58,868 nt of DNA from a virus (lineage: Duplodnaviria; Caudoviricetes). Positions 1 through 9,537 of this stretch are shown one piece after another. The notes under the pieces were generated by a model. The model saw nothing but the letters and a program-made list of their open reading frames with translations, did not search any database and was not told the DNA's origin. The translations under genes and the position numbers were made by a program. The stretch is taken from positions 1-58,868 of the IMG/VR virus record IMGVR_UViG_3300037010_000704, one strand, 5' to 3'. How positions within the stretch are numbered: position 1 is the stretch's first letter; every line of letters starts with the position of its first letter.

Positions 1-888
1 GGTTTCGTGCCCGTTGGGGATGGCCTTGATCTGGTTCTCGGGGTGGATGATGTCGGTGGTGTTGGGGTCGAAGATGAAGGTTCCGACGCCCCAGATTTCG
101 TGGCCCACGGGGGTGTAGTCGGTGAGGTCGATGCCCCCACCATCACGCCAGTAGTCGCTGCGCTCCCGGAGGATGTAACCATCCTGGTCTTCCAAGCCGG
201 TCAGGCTCAGGACTTCAGGTGGCAGAATGATGTGCTGCTTACCACCCAGGGTGTCCGCCAGCTTGCGCTTGTCCTCTCTCATGACGAACCAGTCCAGGCC
301 AGGGGTCAGGGTGTCATTGGTCTCGATGTCGTAGAAGCGAAGAGGGCCATCCTGGTAGGTCAGGAGGGCTATGCCGTTGGGGATGTGGTAGTAATCGGTG
401 CCGAGGATCAGCCCATCGATTCCGATGTTCTCTGCCTTCCATGGAGGCTTCACATAGAATAGGGTGCCGTGGGCAGGGTCCGGGGCCTTGTACTCGACCC
501 ACCGCATGAACTGGTAGTCCAGGACGATTTCACCCGTGGCCTCGTTCACGCTGGCAATGTTGAGGTAGTTCATCCCAGGGACCATGTTGGTCCCGTCCAT
601 GCTGACTTCCTTGGTCCACTCGATGAACGCACCCTCCTTGCCCTCCAGCTTGGCGGCACAGACCCGTCCGTACTGGGTGCAGAGGTAGTAGTCCATGCTG
701 AGCCGAGTGCCTGAACCGGAGACGTTGGTGACGACCACCCTGACGTCGCCCTGACTGAAGTGGATCGTGTTCCCAAAGGCGTGTTGCACTTCACCGAAGT
801 TCTTGCGGAACCTGGGATTCTTGGCAACGACAGCTTGGATCTCAGCTTTTAGGAAGGACACAAGGTTGCCGTGAGTCATGTCGATCAT
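1..888 (-). CDS. Probable virion structural protein (3'-truncated by window edge)
   Basis: Not in the ORF track because it has no stop in the window. Manual translation from ATG at 888 (MIDMTHGNLVSFLKAEIQAVVAKNPRFRKNFG...) stays open for 296 codons to base 1. Host-like GC3 bias; ATGA overlap with the GIY-YIG stop. Confidence 0.7.
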   Translation of the reverse strand, partial: MIDMTHGNLVSFLKAEIQAVVAKNPRFRKNFGEVQHAFGNTIHFSQGDVRVVVTNVSGSGTRLSMDYYLCTQYGRVCAAKLEGKEGAFIEWTKEVSMDGTNMVPGMNYLNIASVNEATGEIVLDYQFMRWVEYKAPDPAHGTLFYVKPPWKAENIGIDGLILGTDYYHIPNGIALLTYQDGPLRFYDIETNDTLTPGLDWFVMREDKRKLADTLGGKQHIILPPEVLSLTGLEDQDGYILRERSDYWRDGGGIDLTDYTPVGHEIWGVGTFIFDPNTTDIIHPENQIKAIPNGHET

Positions 889-1280
889 GGTGTGTCCCCA
901 TTGCTTAGGGTCTTACCGCCCCAGCGTGAGGCATACCAATTATTGTTAGGCTCTTCGGACTTCACCCTGCCCTTCTCGTCCGAGTGCTGCACGGACTTTA
1001 CCCCACCTTCTTGGAGGTTGTATCCCACGGAAGCCAGGAAGGCGTGTTTCTTGATCGCACTGGCCTCCAGATTGTTGAGTCCCACTTCTGAACTTGCTGT
1101 AGCGAGCATTTCCACCGTAAAAGCACCAGGACCATACTTCCTGATGGCGCGGTGAGGTAAGAGAGGGATCCCCTTCCGGGCCGCAGGCAGGTGCCATCCC
1201 CATCGTGTCTCCACGGAGTAGGAAGTCTTCCCGATGTAAACCTTCCCGTTCAGGGAATTGGTGCAACGGTAGACCAACAC
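885..1280 (-). CDS. GIY-YIG homing endonuclease, short (C-terminal DNA-binding part apparently reduced)
   Basis: LVYRCTNSLNGKVYIGKT...RWGWH...AIRKYG...LE...GYNL matches the GIY-YIG catalytic domain pattern; only about 35 aa follow it. Confidence 0.85.
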   Translation of the reverse strand: MLVYRCTNSLNGKVYIGKTSYSVETRWGWHLPAARKGIPLLPHRAIRKYGPGAFTVEMLATASSEVGLNNLEASAIKKHAFLASVGYNLQEGGVKSVQHSDEKGRVKSEEPNNNWYASRWGGKTLSNGDTP

Positions 1281-1292
1281 CGCTTGGACTCC

Positions 1293-1661
1293 TTACTTCT
1301 TCTTCTCGCTGGGGAAGGGAGTGTCGGGGAGGGGAGCGACGGCCTGCTGAACAGGGGAGATCCAGCAGTCGATGGAGGCCCGGATGGCGGCGGGGGCCAG
1401 CGTGGCTTCCTCACGGGGGTACCAAGTGTTGCGGATGCGGGCGAGACCGTTAGCTTCCATGGCCTCAATCATCCACGTCGAGCCGTCACGGGCCTGGAAG
1501 ACCGCACCGGGCACGAAGTAGGTGTAGAAGCTGTGGTCGCCACCGATGGGGCTGTCCGAAGCGAGTGAAGCGTCACTGGCGGTCGGACCCAGGGTGAGTT
1601 CCTCAGCGTCGATACCGGCTGCGGCTACTAGGGTGGCGACTAGGGATCTCGAAGCCGTCAT
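1293..1661 (-). CDS. Hypothetical protein
   Basis: ORF 1293..1778; likely start ATG 1661 (MTASRSLVAT) after GAGG SD; typical codon bias. Confidence 0.65.
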   Translation of the reverse strand: MTASRSLVATLVAAAGIDAEELTLGPTASDASLASDSPIGGDHSFYTYFVPGAVFQARDGSTWMIEAMEANGLARIRNTWYPREEATLAPAAIRASIDCWISPVQQAVAPLPDTPFPSEKKK

Positions 1662-1717
1662 GGCATACCTCTTCTCTGCATGGGGGGTTGGAAGTTCATA
1701 CTTGGGTACTAAGAAGG

Positions 1718-2953
1718 TCACGTCATTATATTTCCGAAGGTGACCGTCCGCCCCCTGGGGACGGTCGGGTTTTCCCACACCTTGGTCGGGTCCGTACGGG
1801 GGTCCGATAGAGGCTCCTTGTCGTGCTGGGGGGCATCGAAGGCTGGGTGGAAGACTCCACCCGTCTGGTTGGTGAGGGGGATCTTGTAGCGGACGTCGTT
1901 GTGCATCATAACTGCGGCGGAGTAGTCCTGTTGGAGAAGGACTCCCCTTTCGGTCTTGTAGGTCACAGGGCCAATGATCCAGCGTTCCCCATTGCGTCGG
2001 ACAATCATGTCCCCCGATTGAATCAAGGGGGCAGGCACGGTGAATGCCTGGGACTCACGGGTGACCTTCTTGCCACCCTCTTCGGTCTCGATGGTGGCGG
2101 CGGAGTCCGGGTCCACAAAGAGAAAGTCGATGGGGCCGTAGTAGCCACCAACGATTCCTGTCTGGTAGCAGGCGTCACATCCGGTCCTGGGTTCACCACT
2201 GGCCTGTGTGCAGAAGCAGGTCTCGCCTTTGGTCCGCCTGACCATGAGCCACACGGGCTCGGCCCGCTGCTCCAACAGCCACTTCTGGCGGCGGATCATC
2301 TCAGCGTGGATGTAGGTCATCCGGTCCACCTGGAAGGTGTCCTGGATCTCTGTGCCGGGGGCACCTGGGGCGTGGACCTCGACGTTCCCATGAAGGACGG
2401 GAACCACGGTGTAGAAGGTGCGGACCCCTTCGATGGCGATGCTCACCGAGTTCAGGAGCTTGGCATATTCGACCTCAATGACCGTGTCGTCGTCGATCAG
2501 AGTGCTGGGTTGCTCACGACGGTCGCCGGTCGCATGGAGGATCACGGTCTGCTGGAGCCACACAGTGCGGTCCAGGCCATCCACACGACCACAGCGGGTC
2601 AGAACACCATTCACGTAGAGGCGGATGTCCTCAGGCTGACTGGCCACACTAGGCCTGCCCTGAACGATCTCAGCGTAGGGGATGTCGGGGAGCTTGAAGA
2701 TGTAGCGGCCCTGCTCACCCTTTTCCACCCAATCCGTGGGCTGAACCGTGTAGACCACGTTCTCCAGGTGGGACTGATCCCGGAAGGTGTGGCCGGGAAC
2801 GGGGCCGAAGATATTGATCCTCTCCCAGTCTATGGGGGCATCAAAGGCCCGGTAGACGTGGTAGCCGATGACCTTGGGGTTCGGGTCGTCCACCCAGTAG
2901 AGATCCCGGATGCCGGGCTCCATGGAGGACAGAACTGTGAGGTCTTGGATCAT
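1718..2953 (-). CDS. Virion structural protein, neck/head-closure-like, with Cys cluster
   Basis: 411 aa; FN3-like N-terminus (LYW..DPNPKVIGYHVYRA); CFC-x10-CDACYQTGIVGGY motif followed by GDMIVR..GERW, resembling head-closure proteins of large phages. Confidence 0.55.
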   Translation of the reverse strand: MIQDLTVLSSMEPGIRDLYWVDDPNPKVIGYHVYRAFDAPIDWERINIFGPVPGHTFRDQSHLENVVYTVQPTDWVEKGEQGRYIFKLPDIPYAEIVQGRPSVASQPEDIRLYVNGVLTRCGRVDGLDRTVWLQQTVILHATGDRREQPSTLIDDDTVIEVEYAKLLNSVSIAIEGVRTFYTVVPVLHGNVEVHAPGAPGTEIQDTFQVDRMTYIHAEMIRRQKWLLEQRAEPVWLMVRRTKGETCFCTQASGEPRTGCDACYQTGIVGGYYGPIDFLFVDPDSAATIETEEGGKKVTRESQAFTVPAPLIQSGDMIVRRNGERWIIGPVTYKTERGVLLQQDYSAAVMMHNDVRYKIPLTNQTGGVFHPAFDAPQHDKEPLSDPRTDPTKVWENPTVPRGRTVTFGNIMT

Positions 2954-3185
2954 GCGACGGCCCGCCCTTCGCGTAGAGCAAGGATGTCCTCAAAGGAGTA
3001 AGTTGCGATCAGATTCAAATCTCGGTCCCTCAATTCAACTATGGGTATCCACCCCATTCAGTGCCCTACGGCGTTCGGCTAGGGGTTGTGGTAAGGCGTC
3101 GGCGATCTTCAAGTGTGAGCATGGTCTATCCTCGCCTACTTGAAGTTGAAAGTGTCCGTTTTGAGTCAGATTAGGGTAATACATC
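2950..3185 (-). pseudogene. Decayed PD-(D/E)XK homing-endonuclease remnant
   Basis: Frame-broken fragments YYPNL / TLEDRRR / LAERRRAL / MGWIPIVELRDRDLNLIATYSFEDIL parallel the C-terminus of the intact nuclease at 16158..17315; lower GC; TGA overlaps the next ATG. Confidence 0.5.
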
Positions 3186-4041
3186 ATCCGAGAAGCCACC
3201 TGCTCTGCCTCAAACCCACAGATACGGGGCGGTTGGCGGTGAGGTTGGGCAGCCACTCGTTGAGTTCCGCCCGGTATTGCTCGGCGAGGCCCTGGTAGCC
3301 AGCGGCTTTCTGGAGGTCCAGGCTGACCCCGTTGAGGCTGTAGCCGAACTCGTCAGCGGTCCAGCGGGCGGCTTCAGCCGACAGGCAGAAGGCGGCAGCA
3401 CCCAGGGCAGCCGCATTGGCCCAATCATCGTGGATGTTCTCCAGGGTGTAGCCGTGGTCGGCCATGGGGTTCGCGGTGTTGAGCTTGGAGATAGCCAGCT
3501 TGAGCATTCGGATGATCGTGGTGTCCGTCCAAATGAAGCCCACCCTGGTGGAGTAGCCTGCGACGACCTTACCCGGCGTGGGGGGCCGGAAGTGATAGTT
3601 CCTGTCAGGGTTGGTGTCGCTCAGGAGTTCACGGACCATGGTGACCATGTCAGCCGTCTTCTGATTGATGACCGGGGTACTCGCCATGAGGACCGAGGGG
3701 GCCTCCATGGAACTCGTCATGGGGTTGGCCGACACGACCCTGAAGTCGTCGATTACGTTCACAACCTCAGAGTCGGGGTATTGCTGGAGGGACCAGACGA
3801 CCTGATAGTCCCCGGATCCCCAATTGGAGGGTAGGGTCATCCCGACGAAGAAGAGGCCGACCTCGGCCCCCCTGGACGGCTGGGCCTGTGGTCCGGCCAC
3901 CAGGATTTTCCTGCCATCCTCACCAATAAGGTAGATGGTGTAGGAGATGAGGGCCGGTTCAACCGGGCGACCGGACTCATCCCTCACCATCAGGGAAAGG
4001 TCTCCAGGGCCTAGTGTCTTACCAGAAAAGAATGTGGACAC
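3184..4041 (-). CDS. Virion structural protein, head-tail adaptor/neck-like
   Basis: 285 aa, GTG start with GAGG SD; Ig-like N-half plus helical C-half (VRELLSD...FGYSLNGVSLDL) typical of adaptor proteins; structural gene context. Confidence 0.5.
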   Translation of the reverse strand: MSTFFSGKTLGPGDLSLMVRDESGRPVEPALISYTIYLIGEDGRKILVAGPQAQPSRGAEVGLFFVGMTLPSNWGSGDYQVVWSLQQYPDSEVVNVIDDFRVVSANPMTSSMEAPSVLMASTPVINQKTADMVTMVRELLSDTNPDRNYHFRPPTPGKVVAGYSTRVGFIWTDTTIIRMLKLAISKLNTANPMADHGYTLENIHDDWANAAALGAAAFCLSAEAARWTADEFGYSLNGVSLDLQKAAGYQGLAEQYRAELNEWLPNLTANRPVSVGLRQSRWLLG

Positions 4042-4142
4042 GGTTACCTCGCACGTTCATTGAAGGAATTGGAAGCTGATTCGTGGAACTCAGGTATCCT
4101 AGAGGCACGGTGGGAGTTGAAGCCACGCCTACTGGGGTAATA

Positions 4143-6122
4143 ATGACATCCAAAAAATCATCTCTGAATGAAGAGCAAAACAGCGCCGTCATCCACCCAC
4201 AGGGATCTCCTGCTTGTATCATAGCCGGTGCTGGGTCTGGAAAGACCAAGGTTCTCGCCTCTCGAATCGTCTGGCTCATCACTGAGGGTGTCAACCCCCG
4301 CCGCATCCTTGCCATCACATTCACCAACAAGGCTGCCGATGAACTCCGGGAGCGGGTAGCCAGGGAGTTGGGGATCGAGCAGGATGAAAAGACCGGCCCA
4401 CGGATCGGGACCATTCACAGTTTCGCTCTGAACGCTATCCGCAAGGATGCTAAGGGCTTCGGGTTAGACCACCGGGTCTCCCCCCTGGATGACTACGGCC
4501 AAAAGGAGATGATCGACCGCATCATCTTCCGGGGCAAGTTCACGGACACCGGCAAGCCCGACGGATCCCTGCTGAATCCCTGGGGCGTCAAAGACAAGAT
4601 CCAGTATCACCGAGCCAGGGGCCTCGGCTTCTACACCGACTACACCCCAGAGGTCCACAAGGAGGTGCTCAAGCGACACTCCGGCCTCCACGCCCTCTCC
4701 GATGGGGAGCTTGAAATCTGGCGACTCTACCAGGACGAGAAGCGGATGAACTCCGTTGTGGACTTCGACGACATGCTGCACCTTGTGGTGGAGCGGGCCG
4801 GTCGGGACGAGGTCTGGCGGGCACGACTCCAGTCCCAGTTCGACCACATCCTCATGGATGAGACTCAGGACACCAACGTCGTCCAGTGGCAGTTCTTCGA
4901 CTTCCTCTTCCGCCCCGACAACTTCAATGCCTACATCGTCGGGGACATGAGCCAGTCCATCTACGCCTTCAACGGAGCAGCCCCCAGCCTCCTCCTGGAA
5001 TACTCCCAAGGCTGGCGTGGGGTTGTCCCGACCCCCTATACCCTGGCCTGGAACTACCGAAGCTGCCCCGAGATCGTCAAGCTCGCCAACATCATCCAGA
5101 AGAAGATGACCGAAACGATCCCCCTCCACATGAAGTCCTTCCGGGGTGAGCGGGGGGAAACCGGCGTGGTCCGGTCCCTGCGGGCCACGACCCCCAGGGA
5201 GATCGCTTGCACGGCTGCCCACGAGATCAAACAGGGCAACGCCCGCATCAAGAACAAGGTGGCCTTCCGAGACCATGCCTTCCTGGTCCGGTCTGCCAGC
5301 CAAATCCGAGACATTGAATCCGAACTCGTCATTCAACGGATCCCCTACGTGATCCGGGGTGGCAGGGGCCTGCTCCAAACCGAAGAAGCCCGGGACATCC
5401 TTGCCTACCTTCGCTTCGCCGTGAACGTCCGGGACTGTGAATCCTTCGCCCGGGCTATTGCAGCCCCCCGTCGTGGGGTCGGGGACGTCGCCATAGAGAA
5501 GATCCGGGCTGTCGCCAGGAAGGAGTTCGACGGGGACATCCTCCGGGGCAGCGAGAAGGTGAGCCATGCCAAGCTGTCTGCCTTCAACGACGGCATCCGA
5601 GGCATCCAGCGTCAGGGCAGTCCTGTGGACGCCTTCAACTACGCCATCCACATGTCCGGCTACCTCAACTTCATCAAGGACAAATATGGCAAGAAGGAAC
5701 CTGACAAGGTCGAGACGAAGATCGAGAACCTTGGTCGCCTCAAGGACATGATCGCTGGGATCGTCGAGTTCAAGCCTGAGACCACCCTGGAGGATCTCGT
5801 CTTCCAGCTCACCTTGCATGAGAAGGAAGAGCGCAAGAATGAGGGGGAGGATGACGACGGTGCCGTGGTCATCTCCACCATCCACTCGGCCAAGGGCCTG
5901 GAGTGGCGACACGTCTATGTCTGGAATTGCTATGAGGGCACCCTGCCCCACATGTATTGCAAGACGGACGCTGAGATTGAAGAGGAACGCCGTCTGTTCT
6001 ACGTGGCCGTCACCCGTGCGAGGGACAACGTGGCCCTCTGCCTGCCTGGGGTCGTCCAGCGTGGTCCCAACTTCCAGTCCGTCATGCCTTCTCGCTTCCT
6101 CACTGAACTTGGCCTCGTATGA
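4143..6122 (+). CDS. uvrD: UvrD/PcrA/Rep superfamily 1 DNA helicase
   Basis: LNEEQ Q-motif, AGAGSGKT, ITFTNKAA, DETQD, VGDMSQSIY, NYRS, STIHSAKGLEW, EERRLFYVAVTRA. Confidence 0.95.
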   Translation: MTSKKSSLNEEQNSAVIHPQGSPACIIAGAGSGKTKVLASRIVWLITEGVNPRRILAITFTNKAADELRERVARELGIEQDEKTGPRIGTIHSFALNAIRKDAKGFGLDHRVSPLDDYGQKEMIDRIIFRGKFTDTGKPDGSLLNPWGVKDKIQYHRARGLGFYTDYTPEVHKEVLKRHSGLHALSDGELEIWRLYQDEKRMNSVVDFDDMLHLVVERAGRDEVWRARLQSQFDHILMDETQDTNVVQWQFFDFLFRPDNFNAYIVGDMSQSIYAFNGAAPSLLLEYSQGWRGVVPTPYTLAWNYRSCPEIVKLANIIQKKMTETIPLHMKSFRGERGETGVVRSLRATTPREIACTAAHEIKQGNARIKNKVAFRDHAFLVRSASQIRDIESELVIQRIPYVIRGGRGLLQTEEARDILAYLRFAVNVRDCESFARAIAAPRRGVGDVAIEKIRAVARKEFDGDILRGSEKVSHAKLSAFNDGIRGIQRQGSPVDAFNYAIHMSGYLNFIKDKYGKKEPDKVETKIENLGRLKDMIAGIVEFKPETTLEDLVFQLTLHEKEERKNEGEDDDGAVVISTIHSAKGLEWRHVYVWNCYEGTLPHMYCKTDAEIEEERRLFYVAVTRARDNVALCLPGVVQRGPNFQSVMPSRFLTELGLV

Positions 6123-6529
6123 TCCGGGTCAAGACCAACTTCGACCCCGAGAGTCTCTGGCATCCCACGGAGATCCGGCAGGTTTCAGCCCTACGCCCTC
6201 TCAGGGGTAGCGAGGATGCCTTCCTCCTGACGTTTCCCCTCAGGAGAACCCGGAGCGGGGTTGTCTACTATGCCGCAGCCCAGGGCGTCCGCATGGAGGA
6301 TGGGGAGATCCTGATCGACATCCGCTCCTGTGTCATCCACAAGAAGCCCCATGAGTTTCTGTGGCTGGCTACCAACCCTGCCGAGTTTGGGACAGCCGTG
6401 CTCTTTCTCCGTAAGGGGTTGAACCACAATCGTTTGGGCTTCCCATATGTCCGGGGCACTCGTGGAGACGTCGTGCTACCCAATGGGGAGTTCACCACAT
6501 ATTTCTTACATTCAGGGGAGATATACTAG
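6119..6529 (+). CDS. Hypothetical protein
   Basis: 136-aa ORF with ATGA overlap to the helicase. Confidence 0.7.
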   Translation: MIRVKTNFDPESLWHPTEIRQVSALRPLRGSEDAFLLTFPLRRTRSGVVYYAAAQGVRMEDGEILIDIRSCVIHKKPHEFLWLATNPAEFGTAVLFLRKGLNHNRLGFPYVRGTRGDVVLPNGEFTTYFLHSGEIY

Positions 6530-6572
6530 GGGCTATTCAGGCACCAGTAATTTTATCTGATAACAAATATCG

Positions 6573-6602
6573 TTAGACTCTACGCTAATCCTAGTGTATG
6601 TA
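6573..6602 (+). promoter_or_regulatory. Candidate phage promoter, motif A (TCTA-N11-GTGTA)
   Basis: TTAGACTCTACGCTAATCCTAGTGTATGTA aligns without gaps to copies at 12361-12390 and 15331-15360; 20 nt upstream of a gene start. Confidence 0.6.
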
Positions 6603-6622
6603 GATGGGAATGGAGACATACT

Positions 6623-6883
6623 GTGAACACCTTGGCAGGAATCCAGGGGGACGCGCTGCTCGATGCCTACGCAGGCGGCAAATGGGACAACTACATGGCG
6701 GATGAGGACGAGTTCTACGCCACCCGCCTCTACACGGAGGGAGCCAAATCCGTCCTGAAGATCGGCGTCCCTATGACCCCGAACTTCCTCACGGGCTATG
6801 GCCCTGACGCCGACGACATCCATCCGGCCCACACGGGCCTCCCCAACGCCTTCTTCAAGAACCCCTACGAGGTGGCGAAATGA
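6623..6883 (+). CDS. Small acidic hypothetical protein
   Basis: 86 aa, GTG start with GGAG SD, downstream of motif A. Confidence 0.7.
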   Translation: MNTLAGIQGDALLDAYAGGKWDNYMADEDEFYATRLYTEGAKSVLKIGVPMTPNFLTGYGPDADDIHPAHTGLPNAFFKNPYEVAK

Positions 6884-7131
6884 TGACCACGGTGGGAGAA
6901 CTCATCGAACTCCTGAAGAATGAGGATCCCAAGCGGGTCGTAGTCCTGCGTTACGGGGATGAATACACCCCCCTCTTCTTCATGTGGACGGGTGCCTACC
7001 GGGCTGAGTCCACCTGGGCCGGGAAAATGGGCCTGGAGACCCTCACCGACAAAGATCGCAAGATCGGCTACACCGAGAAGGACGTATTCAAAGACGGCGT
7101 CCCAGCCCTGGCCCTCAACGGAGTCCACTGA
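6880..7131 (+). CDS. Small hypothetical phage protein
   Basis: 83 aa starting MTTVGELIELLKNEDP, an MTVxELIxxL start common in small phage proteins; GAGG SD; ATGA overlap. Confidence 0.75.
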   Translation: MMTTVGELIELLKNEDPKRVVVLRYGDEYTPLFFMWTGAYRAESTWAGKMGLETLTDKDRKIGYTEKDVFKDGVPALALNGVH

Positions 7132-7283
7132 TACTGGCCCACAACGCTCCGCAGTTCATGGCACCCTACGACCGGCCCCGCCGCTGGGCTTCTGTTGTCC
7201 GCTCTGACAGGATGCACTCCTGGTATTGGCACAACCACAAGGCCCATGTTCACGATTCATGAACCATGGATAGGGGTGTAATG

Positions 7284-7311
7284 AAAAGGACCGGATGGCT
7301 CCGGTCCTTTT
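7284..7311. terminator. Bidirectional intrinsic terminator
   Basis: AAAAGGACCGGA-TGGC-TCCGGTCCTTTT perfect hairpin with A/T tracts on both sides, between convergent genes. Confidence 0.85.
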
Positions 7312-7331
7312 CATATCTGCGCTCTGCTGGC

Positions 7332-8102
7332 TTACATAGTGGCGCGAATCGTCCAGAAATCGTCAGACAGGTCGGGGCTGGTGACGTATTCGTAGGGCAT
7401 CCAAAAGTAGCCGTTCTGGCCCCAGTCCGATCCCCAGGAGTTGCGGACGAGGAACTGTTCGGTCGCGTCGTTGTAGCCGCAGAGGACCACACAGTGGCCA
7501 CCCAGGAGCTTCTCACTCTTGGCAGGCATGTGCAGGACACCCGTGCGGGCCACGTCTGGGCCTTCGAATGCCTCGTAGACGGAGAAGCCGAAGACGATGG
7601 GGAAGCCAGCGGCAAGGCAGGTCTTCACTTCGTCGAGCTTGGACCAGTCCACCCGGTAGTAGGTCATGGCCTTGTGCTTGATGGCCTCGTTGTAGGCTGC
7701 CTTGGTGGGCTTGGTGGCGAACTTGGCGACGTTGTAGGCCCACTTGGACTCGGGAGGGGCTCCCAGGGTGGCGACTACCTTGATGCCGTCGCGGATCTCG
7801 GCCCCGGCGTCGGAGTTGACGGTGTTCTCGATCACCCGCTCTCCGTAGTAGATGAAGAGGCGGCTGGGATTCCAGTCAGGCAGAGCACTGTCCTGGATGC
7901 GAAGATAGGCGAGGCAGGCGGCGATGCCGTTGCCTGTGCAAGCGCCTAGCTGGCCCTGGTCGTAAACAGCGGGCATGTAATTGCGGATATCCACTGCGGT
8001 TGGCAGGGATCCCTGGAGCACGTCCGGCTTGTAGACGCCATACTTGAAGTCACGGTGATCTGGCATATCGGGACGCCAGCCATAGATACGGGGCCTTGAC
8101 AT
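7332..8102 (-). CDS. Papain-family (C1A, xylellain-like) cysteine peptidase
   Basis: YGWRPDMPDHRD N-terminus; catalytic motifs DQGQLGAC (Gln/Cys), GGHCVV (His), VRNSWG (Asn); start ATG 8102 after AAGGAGG. Confidence 0.93.
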   Translation of the reverse strand: MSRPRIYGWRPDMPDHRDFKYGVYKPDVLQGSLPTAVDIRNYMPAVYDQGQLGACTGNGIAACLAYLRIQDSALPDWNPSRLFIYYGERVIENTVNSDAGAEIRDGIKVVATLGAPPESKWAYNVAKFATKPTKAAYNEAIKHKAMTYYRVDWSKLDEVKTCLAAGFPIVFGFSVYEAFEGPDVARTGVLHMPAKSEKLLGGHCVVLCGYNDATEQFLVRNSWGSDWGQNGYFWMPYEYVTSPDLSDDFWTIRATM

Positions 8103-8149
8103 GGTGATGCCCTCCTTTGAGATGGCATTGAAAAGTTGGTTTCTGGGTG

Positions 8150-8295
8150 TTAAGACTTCTTCGGTAACTTCACCAGGGCTCCACACCCCATGCAGGTGAC
8201 AGTAGAGTCGTTGAGTTCCTCCCGATCCCAGTAGACGGAGCCACTGGGGGCATGGAGATCCCTTGCAGGAGGGACAGGGATGCAGTCAGCCTTCA
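8150..8295 (-). CDS. Tiny Cys-containing ORF or gene fragment
   Basis: MKADC...TVTCMGCGALVKLPKKS, with a CxxC knuckle; abuts the AT-rich island; start approximate. Confidence 0.3.
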
Positions 8296-8463
8296 TGGGG
8301 CTTGCTCGTATGCCAGTGTTTTTCCTAGTTCGCCGACCCAAACATTTCCATGCTTTGTCGAAATACTATTGTGCGATTGAACAGTAATTTCTATATCACC
8401 AATTTTATCGGAATATCATATCAATAGATGAGTCCCGCCAAAAATATCCAACCATAACCTCCC

Positions 8464-9537
8464 CTATTCTGCGATTAGCAAGATTTCTTTTGATTTAGCA
8501 TTTTTAGATAAAACGTATTTATACTCTCCATAGTGTAAAACAGTAACTTTCTTTTTGACATCCTTTAGCAATTTAACCAAGTCGTCTTCACTCGGGATTC
8601 CATCGCTTCTATATGAAATTACAATCATTGAATCTCTATGATTATGAATCAACTCCTTGAAGGCATATAAAATAGTCTTCTTATCGTTCCATAGGGATGA
8701 TGGGCCTACGTATGGTTTGTGTTTTTTCTTGTGGTTTATTTTTTTATCCCAAGTTTCATAATTGGATATGCCCTCTAAAAAACAATAAAAATCAGCGTAA
8801 TCAACCCCGGTGCCCTTTGAGTTTAGATATGGGGGATCCAGATATACAAGATCATAACCACCGACTAACTCCAGAGCTTCCTTATTTGTGGCTTTGCAAT
8901 TGATGCCTATATCGAAAATAGAAGTATTGATTTCTTCTATAAAATTAAGAAAATGCTCTGAAAATGGTCTGTCCCAGGTCGTCTTGTTGCCGAAGCCTCT
9001 TTCTACTTCGGCTGTCCGCATGTATAAATTAGCACGATGAAATAGGTTATAGGGTCGTTTGATAATGCAGGCTTGAAATAACGCATCATAGGCGATGCAC
9101 TTTTCAAACTCATCTTCCATTGATTGGATATTCTGTGCAATCACATCTAACAATATGTTCTCTTCGTCTAAGAAAAATATACCACTATAATTATCACGAA
9201 TCGTGTTGAGGTAAGTTCTGTTAGCATTGCGGACCAAGGCCATTTTGGCTTTCGACTGATCTAGCGTGACTTTATTGTTTTCAATAATCGCTTTTGCACA
9301 TAAGTAATTACATTTTAAGTAATCGTTGTAAGTAACTTCTTTATGTTTTGATTTTAGCATGTGTGATACGACACCAGTTCCACCGAAAACATCTAGGCAC
9401 GTCCGAAACGAACGGTCCTTAATTTGACTCCAAATCCAAGCCAATAACTTGTACTTGCTCCCTTGATACCTTGTAGATGGGGGTATTGGTGAAGTGTATT
9501 CTGCTGTAAGTAGAGGCTGTGAGACGATTTTATCCAT
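8464..9537 (-). CDS. N6-adenine DNA methyltransferase, D12 (Dam/FokI-like) class, orphan
   Basis: RYQGSKYKL, DVFGGTGVVS (motif I), YND, YLDPPY (motif IV); strongly AT-rich compared with the flanks. Confidence 0.92.
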   Translation of the reverse strand: MDKIVSQPLLTAEYTSPIPPSTRYQGSKYKLLAWIWSQIKDRSFRTCLDVFGGTGVVSHMLKSKHKEVTYNDYLKCNYLCAKAIIENNKVTLDQSKAKMALVRNANRTYLNTIRDNYSGIFFLDEENILLDVIAQNIQSMEDEFEKCIAYDALFQACIIKRPYNLFHRANLYMRTAEVERGFGNKTTWDRPFSEHFLNFIEEINTSIFDIGINCKATNKEALELVGGYDLVYLDPPYLNSKGTGVDYADFYCFLEGISNYETWDKKINHKKKHKPYVGPSSLWNDKKTILYAFKELIHNHRDSMIVISYRSDGIPSEDDLVKLLKDVKKKVTVLHYGEYKYVLSKNAKSKEILLIAE

